64,000 nucleotides of DNA from a candidate division FCPU426 bacterium. GTDB taxonomy: Bacteria > Oederibacteriota > JAAXVQ01 > JAUVAV01. Where the stretch lies: assembly GCA_040756875.1 (NCBI GenBank), contig JBFLYH010000001.1, positions 1,388,299-1,452,298 of the forward strand, in the 5' to 3' direction. This document shows, one piece after another, positions 57,896-64,000 of this stretch; the stretch's first letter is position 1; each line of letters opens with the position of its first letter. Under the pieces are notes generated by a model, which made no database searches, was not told the DNA's origin, and saw only the letters and a program-made list of their open reading frames with translations. The position numbers and the translations under genes were made by a program.

Positions 57896-58288
57896 TTACT
57901 TCCCCTGCCCCTGCCACAGCCCGTGGAGATTGCAGAACGCGCGCGCCACCAGCGCCTGGCCGTCGTCCTCGATGGTGAAAACCGCTTCAGCCTGTATGGC
58001 GCCTTCGCGGAAGTCCTGACGGTAAACCTGATCGCCCGAGAGGACTTCAATAAACAAAATGTAATGCTGCGGGGTCATGGGATGCGGTTCGGACCCGACT
58101 TTGACCGTCACCCTGCTGCCCTGCCGGATGATGACCGGCACATGCTTTTCTTTTGAGGCGTCCACGGTGTTGGCTTCCAGTTGGGTCATGGGCTGGCCGC
58201 AGCAGACTATAGCCGGCTTGCCGTTCCACAACGACTCCACCAGGTTGCCGCATTTCTCGCATTTGTAGATTTGCTTTTTTTCGATCAT
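57896..58288 (-). CDS. dfx: Desulfoferrodoxin (2Fe superoxide reductase)
   Basis: CEKCGN...CCG, EKHVP, HPM, HYI, CNLHG. Confidence 0.93.
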   Translation of the reverse strand: MIEKKQIYKCEKCGNLVESLWNGKPAIVCCGQPMTQLEANTVDASKEKHVPVIIRQGSRVTVKVGSEPHPMTPQHYILFIEVLSGDQVYRQDFREGAIQAEAVFTIEDDGQALVARAFCNLHGLWQGQGK

Positions 58289-58400
58289 GAACAGCCTCCT
58301 TGTCCTCTGGGAATCCGCGAGGGGTCATTATATAGACCCCGGGTTGATTCGGATAGTTGATTTTTGGCATTTCATGGATAAAACCCGGGCCGCTTTTGCC

Positions 58401-58430
58401 TGGACAGGGTTTGTCGCGCGATTTTATACT
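58401..58430 (+). promoter_or_regulatory. sigma70-type promoter
   Basis: TGGACA-N18-TATACT; supports a start downstream of 58430. Confidence 0.4.
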
Positions 58431-58470
58431 TAAAGCGGTTGAAACACACTCTTTCCGCAAGGCGGTTCCT

Positions 58471-60210
58471 TTGAAGAAAACCTTCCGCGGTTGGCGGTTC
58501 GGACTGGGCTTGGCGCTGGCCGCGGCCGGATCGGCCGCAGCCGCACAAGCGGCGGTCTACTATGTCGCATCCGGCAATTCCCTGGCCGCGGATGCGAACC
58601 CCGGCACCCAATCCCTGCCCTGGCTGACCCTGCAGCACGCGGCGGACACGGTTTCCGCCGGCGACGAAGTCGTGGTGCTGCCCGGCGATTACGCCCGGCC
58701 GACCCTGCGGCGCGGCGGCGCGGCCGGCGCTCCGATCATATTCCGCGGGCAAAACCCGCCCGATCGTTCCCTGATGAACCCCGACGCCGTGCTCGACCCG
58801 GCCAGCCCCGTGCCGGTGCCGGGAAATCCGGCGGCCAATGCCGTGGTGCACGGCGTCAGCATCCGGGCGAATTTCATCCATGTCCGCAACCTGGAAGTGA
58901 CGGCCATCACCGGCCGGGGCGGCATTTCAGTGCAGGACTGCCAGGACGTCGAGATCTCAGGCAACTTTATCCACGACCTTAATCCCGGCCTATACGACTA
59001 CGGCGGGGTGCGCGGCGAAAACCACCGCACCTACCTGGTGCGGGTATTGAACAACGTGCTCTACCACGTGCAGGGCACGGGCATCGGACTCATGGGCCAG
59101 GGCTGGCTGGTGGAAGGCAACGAAGTTTCCCACGGCACCGACATCCGTACGGACACGGGCGAAGACACCGGCGGCGACGTGGACGCGGTCCGCTTTTTCG
59201 GCGGCAACCACGTGATCCGCGGCAACTACCTGCACCATTACCTCAATACGGAATGCGCCGGTTCGCCGCACATGGACGCGTTCCAGACGTTTTCCGTGTA
59301 TCCGGATTCCCAGTTCGCCTACAACATCGTGGTGGAAGGCAACCGTTGCGAGTATTTCGGCCAGATGTTCATGTGCGAGGACCAGGCCGAGCAGTCCGGC
59401 GGGGAAAACAGCGTGCACGACATCACCTTCCGCAACAACCTGTTCCGCGGCGCCCGGGCCTATTCCATCATCATTTCCGATTATACGGACCACTTTTCGT
59501 TCATCAACAACGTGGTCAGCGAATCGTGGTACGGCCCGCTCTCGGTCTCGGACCACGGCCATCACATTACCGTACTCAACAATATTTTTTACCGCAACGG
59601 CCAGTCCGCGTGGAGCACGGCCCAAGGCCGAAACGGCGGCGCGCAGCTGAACGACCCCACCTGCATCGAGGGCTCATTGTGGGATTACAACCTCTATTAC
59701 CCGGATTTTACCTGGCCGCTGAAAAATCCCGACTTTGACCGGCATTCGCGCTTCGGCCCTGATCCGCAGTTCGCGGACGCCGCGGCCTCGGATTTTCACC
59801 TCACCGCCGGTTCACCGGCCGTGGACGCGGGCTCGCCCTGGGGCAATTTCAATTATGATTTAGAGGGGCATTTCCGGCCGCACGGCCCGGCCTGGGACCT
59901 GGGCGCCTACGAATATAATTCGCACTATGCCCCGCCGCCGGCCGACATCGCCCTCATTCCCGTGATGACCTACCCCAATCCCGGCCGGGATAGGGTCCAC
60001 TTCCGGTTCGATCCCCGGACACCGGCTGCCGTCAGCGTTGACATTTTCAATCCCGCGGGCGAACGCGTCGGCAAGCTGGCGGGTTTCGTGGACCCGGATT
60101 GGCGCAACCTCGACTGCGACGCCCGGGGATGGCCGGCAGGGGTTTATCTCTACCGTGTGATTCAAAACGGCAAGCCGGGCGCCACCGGCAAATTCGCCCT
60201 CAGGCCGTAA
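58471..60210 (+). CDS. Secreted right-handed parallel beta-helix protein with divergent T9SS-like CTD
   Basis: YYVA...PW.TLQHAA...AGD, repeated GN/NN helix rungs, DFHL..GSPAVDAG...DLGAYE, YPNP...GERV...AGVY. Start chosen at TTG 58471; the ORF is open from 58357. Confidence 0.8.
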   Translation: MKKTFRGWRFGLGLALAAAGSAAAAQAAVYYVASGNSLAADANPGTQSLPWLTLQHAADTVSAGDEVVVLPGDYARPTLRRGGAAGAPIIFRGQNPPDRSLMNPDAVLDPASPVPVPGNPAANAVVHGVSIRANFIHVRNLEVTAITGRGGISVQDCQDVEISGNFIHDLNPGLYDYGGVRGENHRTYLVRVLNNVLYHVQGTGIGLMGQGWLVEGNEVSHGTDIRTDTGEDTGGDVDAVRFFGGNHVIRGNYLHHYLNTECAGSPHMDAFQTFSVYPDSQFAYNIVVEGNRCEYFGQMFMCEDQAEQSGGENSVHDITFRNNLFRGARAYSIIISDYTDHFSFINNVVSESWYGPLSVSDHGHHITVLNNIFYRNGQSAWSTAQGRNGGAQLNDPTCIEGSLWDYNLYYPDFTWPLKNPDFDRHSRFGPDPQFADAAASDFHLTAGSPAVDAGSPWGNFNYDLEGHFRPHGPAWDLGAYEYNSHYAPPPADIALIPVMTYPNPGRDRVHFRFDPRTPAAVSVDIFNPAGERVGKLAGFVDPDWRNLDCDARGWPAGVYLYRVIQNGKPGATGKFALRP

Positions 60211-60217
60211 AAAGCAT

Positions 60218-60256
60218 AAAAAAAAGCCTCCTGGCTCGCTAGGCCAGGAGGCTTTT
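60218..60256. terminator. Bidirectional rho-independent terminator
   Basis: A8-GCCTCCTGGC...GCCAGGAGGC-T4 between convergent genes. Confidence 0.85.
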
Positions 60257-60281
60257 CCCGGGCTGATGGCAACCAACACCT

Positions 60282-61814
60282 TTATTTCCGCGTTCTTCCC
60301 TTGCCGCTGTTTTGTTTTTGGGATTTTCCCGGCTGCGAATCCTGATCCTCGATCGCCGGCGACGGCTGGACGTCCGCCGACGCGTCCTCGGACCTCATCT
60401 CCCGGCTCCGCTCTTCGGTCCGGGCCGGCGCTTGTCCACGGTTTGAAGCGTCCGTGTCCACCGCGGCGCCGGAACGGTCCTTGTTCCCGGTGGGCTTTTC
60501 CTTGCGCCCGTTTTTCTGTCCCTGGTTTTGCTCCGGCTCCGGGGTGGGCGCCAGATCGGGCGAATCCGCCTCTTGGCTCCGTGCCGGCTGCTGGACTTGG
60601 GTCTGTTTGCCCGGACGGTTGTTGCCGACTTCCTGCCTGCGTTCCTGTCCCAGTCCCACGCCTTGGCCCGGTGTCTTTTCAGCCTCGCGGGTTTTATCCC
60701 TGCCCATTCCCCGGTCGCTTTCAGGCGAATCAATCTGGTCCGCATTCACGTCGCCTGGGTATTGATTAGGCGCCGGAGCCTGGGGTTCGACCCTGGACGG
60801 TTTTTGATAACGGCTTTTGCCGCTCATTTCCGGCGTGGCTACCCGCGGCGGTACGGCTTGGACTTCAGGCTCATACGGCCGGGTTTGCACTGCCGGCTGG
60901 TGATAGGGCTCGGGCTGCTGATAGGTCTGCTGGGGCGGCTGCGTCCGCCGGTCCGGCTGCGAAGGCTGCGGCTGCCGCGGTCCCGTATTCCTTTCCTGCC
61001 AGCGTTCAGGCACCCAATTGTTCCTGCGGTTATAATGGCCGGGAACGAAATCCGCGTCATCCCGGTCCCGGTCCAGACGGCCGGGAGTATAGAGGCCGCG
61101 GGGGTCCCAATAGCCGGGGACCCACCTGTGCGCAGGCGGCGCAGCCTGCCAGCTGCCGACCACCCATATTCCCTGGCCGTTGAAATAGCCGCCGATCCAG
61201 ATAAAGCCTTCGCGCCTTTCGGGTCTCCAATATCCTTCCTTCCAGGTGCCGTTCGCGAGCCAAAATCCCGGCACCCACACTAACCCCGGCTTCGGAGACT
61301 TGACCGGGACCCAGTAGCCTTCTTCCCATTCGCCGTTCCGGGTCCAATGCCCTTCGCGCCAGGTATACCCTGTGCGCTTGGCGGGACGCCACTTCCCTTC
61401 GATCCAATACTTGCCCCACCAATGTCCAGGCACCCACACCCACTGCGAGCCGCAGCTCTTAAGTGGTTTCCAGTAGCCCGGGCAAAAGTAAGCGCCGTTC
61501 CAATAACCATCCACCCAGATGAATCCGGCGCGGTCACGCAGGCGCCAGAAACCGGGCACCACCACGTCCTCCTGCAGGGAGTACGGTTCCACCCAAATAT
61601 AGGCGGAACCCGGATTCGCCGTTCCGGCCGGCAGGATTAAAACCAACGAGAGCGAAGCGCCGGTGTCCACGGCATTCTCAGGCGCAACATAAGGCGCCGA
61701 CGGCACGTGCACGACCTGAGGATCCGCCACGGGCCTGGCAACATAATAATGAACCGAACAGCCGGCCAATGCCGCCAAACAAACCATACCCCCGAGCACT
61801 TTCGACCACATCAT
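60282..61814 (-). CDS. Lipoprotein with YXWGXW (WXXGXW) repeats and a long Q/P-rich disordered tail
   Basis: Lipobox LAGC; many W.PG.W / W..G.W repeats. Confidence 0.8.
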   Translation of the reverse strand: MMWSKVLGGMVCLAALAGCSVHYYVARPVADPQVVHVPSAPYVAPENAVDTGASLSLVLILPAGTANPGSAYIWVEPYSLQEDVVVPGFWRLRDRAGFIWVDGYWNGAYFCPGYWKPLKSCGSQWVWVPGHWWGKYWIEGKWRPAKRTGYTWREGHWTRNGEWEEGYWVPVKSPKPGLVWVPGFWLANGTWKEGYWRPERREGFIWIGGYFNGQGIWVVGSWQAAPPAHRWVPGYWDPRGLYTPGRLDRDRDDADFVPGHYNRRNNWVPERWQERNTGPRQPQPSQPDRRTQPPQQTYQQPEPYHQPAVQTRPYEPEVQAVPPRVATPEMSGKSRYQKPSRVEPQAPAPNQYPGDVNADQIDSPESDRGMGRDKTREAEKTPGQGVGLGQERRQEVGNNRPGKQTQVQQPARSQEADSPDLAPTPEPEQNQGQKNGRKEKPTGNKDRSGAAVDTDASNRGQAPARTEERSREMRSEDASADVQPSPAIEDQDSQPGKSQKQNSGKGRTRK

Positions 61815-62168
61815 TCATCCCTCCTTTAGACTTGCCTTGCCCCCTTTACGAAAGCTCCGTTCGGGGGTGATAGCTGTAAACCCGCGGCTAACCGCGGGGA
61901 GTTTCACTCTCTATAACCCCGTCGCCCTTCCGGAGTTTCGAAAACTTACGGCTGGTGCGGCTCATGTTATCTCGAAAGCATCCGATCCGCCACGCGTGCT
62001 TAGACCCCGGAGGGCCCCACTAGAATCGGCTTTAAATGCCAGCTTATTCAGTCGCATCTCTCTTTTTGCCAAATACCCCGCAGCAGGCTGCGGAGGTACG
62101 GAAAGGGGGGAAGGGATCAGCGGGTTGGATGATGGCATGGGAAGACCGTGGGCTCGGCCCAGGAAAGT

Positions 62169-62861
62169 TCATTCCTCCAACTGGAAAGGCGGGTAGTGGT
62201 CCGTGGTGAGCAAAATAGAATAGGCGGCTACGCGCAGATGCCAGCGCAGGACACCGACGACAAAGTCAAACATGCCCCGGGGAAACCGGCCGGTAAAAAG
62301 CAAGGCCAGCCAGGCCAGAATCACGACAATGAATGCGGCCAGCTCCAGCACGGCTAAAATCACGAAGTGCGGAATGGCCAGCAGCCATTTGACCAGCGGC
62401 AGCCAGCGGTTGAGTTCGCGTTCCGCCTGGGGATAAGGCAGGCGCAGGTGCACTTTCTGCTCCTCGTCGGTTGAGGGATATACATCGTCCAACAGCAGGC
62501 AATAAGCCGCCACGCGGGTGGTGAACCCGGCCAACCCCAGGTTCCATTCAAACCACCATTTGGGATATTTGTGGCGGAACAGCAGCATGAGCAGCGTGGG
62601 CAGCACCAAGAAGCCTGCGATCGAGATCTGCGCGCCTCCGCCGCCGGCCAGCAGCAAGCCGAGCAGGATGCAGATGGGGATCGCGAGCAACGGCCGGAAA
62701 AACACCGACAGCCGGTCTTGTTCGCGTTCCGGATAATTCACGGCCAGCCCTACGGGATATCCGGCCGCCGCTTTCGCGGGAATCGCCGCCGGGGCGGCAG
62801 CAGCGCTTTTGGATCTGACAGTCCGTTTGGTTTTCTTGGGTTTGGAGGTTTTCGCGGGCAT
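62169..62861 (-). CDS. DUF4389 family membrane protein
   Basis: Two repeats of R..LAIP...LF..[KR][YF]P.....RV.AY..LL.D.YP. Confidence 0.85.
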   Translation of the reverse strand: MPAKTSKPKKTKRTVRSKSAAAAPAAIPAKAAAGYPVGLAVNYPEREQDRLSVFFRPLLAIPICILLGLLLAGGGGAQISIAGFLVLPTLLMLLFRHKYPKWWFEWNLGLAGFTTRVAAYCLLLDDVYPSTDEEQKVHLRLPYPQAERELNRWLPLVKWLLAIPHFVILAVLELAAFIVVILAWLALLFTGRFPRGMFDFVVGVLRWHLRVAAYSILLTTDHYPPFQLEE

Positions 62862-62968
62862 CGCGGGTGCGTCTCCTTGGCAGCGGGATGGACAGCTTAG
62901 TTATCATAATCCCGCTGTTTCCACGACGCAAGCGAATTACGGTTGTTCCCGCGTTGGGAAGGGTTTGG

Positions 62969-63853
62969 TCAGACGCGATACAGCCTGGAGAGGGCGCCGG
63001 CCAGCACGGCCGCTGCCAGCACGCCGGCCAGGCCGGCCAGCAGGGTGGCGGCTGATCCGCCTCCCAGCCACGGTGCCTGATAATCCGCGAACCAGGCAGG
63101 CAAGGAAAACGAAGGAAAGGAGGCGAACGCCAGGCGCTCGGCTACCCGTTCCAACCCGTCCGGAAAGGTGCTGGCCCACGGGCTGGCCAAGACGGCTAAC
63201 AGTGCGAGTACCGAAGCGCTCCAAATCCCTGCGCGCTCCGAAGCCTGAAAACGCGATGCAGCCCAACGCAGCGCGGTCGCAAACAATAGCGTCAGCAGGG
63301 CTTCGCCCGCGCCGATGAGCACGTGCACCGACAGCATGGCCGGCACGACTTTGCCCAAGGCCACGGCGCCGGACCAAGCCACTTCCAGGCTGCAAGCCAT
63401 GGCTGCGGCTGCCATCGAAAACCAAGCAGCGCCGGCCAGGGAAACCGAGGGATTCAGCCCGCGGGCGTTCAAGCGTTCGTAAAGCCAGCCGGTTGCGCCG
63501 GCGCCAATCAGACTCATATTGATGATGTTGGCGCCCACAGCCAGGATGCCGCCGTCGCCGAATAAAAACGCCTGGACCAGAAGCACCGCAGCCATGGCAA
63601 GCACGGCAAACGGGACGCCGACCAGGCTCACGGCCAAAACCGCGCCCAACAGGTGGCCGGAGGTTCCGTTCGCAACCGGATAATTGAGCATCTGCAGCGC
63701 AAAAACCAACGCCGTTACTGCAGCCAGCCGCAGGGCTGAAGGCCGGCGCGGGCTTTTTCTGGCCGCATATGCCGCCCAACCGATCCCGGCTCCGGCCACA
63801 GCCAAGGTGACCGGGCAAACCGCGCCGTGCAACATGGAACTGGGGATATGCAT
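62969..63853 (-). CDS. cbiM: ECF-transporter Co/Ni substrate component CbiM/NikM fused to a PDGLE (NikN-like) domain
   Basis: MHIP N-terminus, FALQMLNYP...GTSGH, Q.FLFGDGG, H.LIG.GE and ASTFPDGLE. GGAGG SD. Confidence 0.88.
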   Translation of the reverse strand: MHIPSSMLHGAVCPVTLAVAGAGIGWAAYAARKSPRRPSALRLAAVTALVFALQMLNYPVANGTSGHLLGAVLAVSLVGVPFAVLAMAAVLLVQAFLFGDGGILAVGANIINMSLIGAGATGWLYERLNARGLNPSVSLAGAAWFSMAAAAMACSLEVAWSGAVALGKVVPAMLSVHVLIGAGEALLTLLFATALRWAASRFQASERAGIWSASVLALLAVLASPWASTFPDGLERVAERLAFASFPSFSLPAWFADYQAPWLGGGSAATLLAGLAGVLAAAVLAGALSRLYRV

Positions 63854-63903
63854 AGGAGGGTCCTCCTGATGGTAACAGCAGGTTGGAATAGCGTTTGATC
63901 AGG

Positions 63904-63974
63904 TGAACAGTTGAGCAGTAGATCAAGCAGTTGAACTTCTCTCCTGTTCAACTGTTCCACTGTTCAACTGCTCT
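63904..63974. repeat. 8-nt periodic repeats arranged as an inverted repeat upstream of cbiM
   Basis: AACAGTTG/AGCAGTAG/AGCAGTTG followed by CTGTTCAA CTGTTCCA CTGTTCAA CTGCTC. Confidence 0.6.
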
Positions 63975-64000
63975 CCATTTTTCCGCCTGCGGCGGTTAAA

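Noticed and set aside
61815-62168. c-di-GMP-I riboswitch or ECF promoter (two GTCTAA on the minus strand)
   Set aside because: Lacks the GGCAAAC..GAAA..GACGCAAAGC core, and neither GTCTAA has a matching -35 at 17-18 nt.
63854-64000. Cobalamin riboswitch upstream of cbiM, and the 81-aa ORF 63715..63960
   Set aside because: No B12-box seen in the available sequence; the ORF overlaps cbiM out of frame and derives from the repeat.

Overview
GC-rich bacterial chromosomal segment with no rRNA, tRNA, CRISPR array or mobile element visible. Most of it (about 4.9-47.5 kb, all on the minus strand) is a locus of large secreted modular proteins. They combine two GH-A-clan (GH5/GH2-like) hydrolases, two giant GH14/GH42-like hydrolases, FG-GAP, LVIVD and Kelch propellers, Thr/Pro linkers and T9SS-like C-terminal sorting domains (CTDs). 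Two PorV-like genes and one PorP/SprF-like gene are interleaved with them. Eight of these proteins share an unrecognised ~150-aa module (28 copies by manual count), including a non-catalytic six-module scaffold-like protein. Six genes carry a shared ECF-type promoter (KGWWAY-N17/18-GTCTAA/C). Upstream lies an ECF sigma gene with a sigma54 -24/-12 promoter and a palindromic candidate enhancer, preceded by an NtrC-like regulator, a histidine kinase, two 3-TM proteins and an MshEN (c-di-GMP-binding) protein. Together this suggests a signal -> two-component system -> sigma54 -> ECF -> secretome cascade. The left flank holds an adenylate cyclase with a degenerate HD-GYP partner and a TolB-OmpA fusion. 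The right flank holds a DUF1998 helicase-exonuclease fusion, GDPD, an alpha/beta hydrolase, desulfoferrodoxin, a beta-helix protein, a YXWGXW lipoprotein, DUF4389 and CbiM/NikM. GGAGG Shine-Dalgarno sites and TTGACA-type promoters suggest the host is not Bacteroidota (inference). All family calls come from motif recognition by eye, not from database searches.
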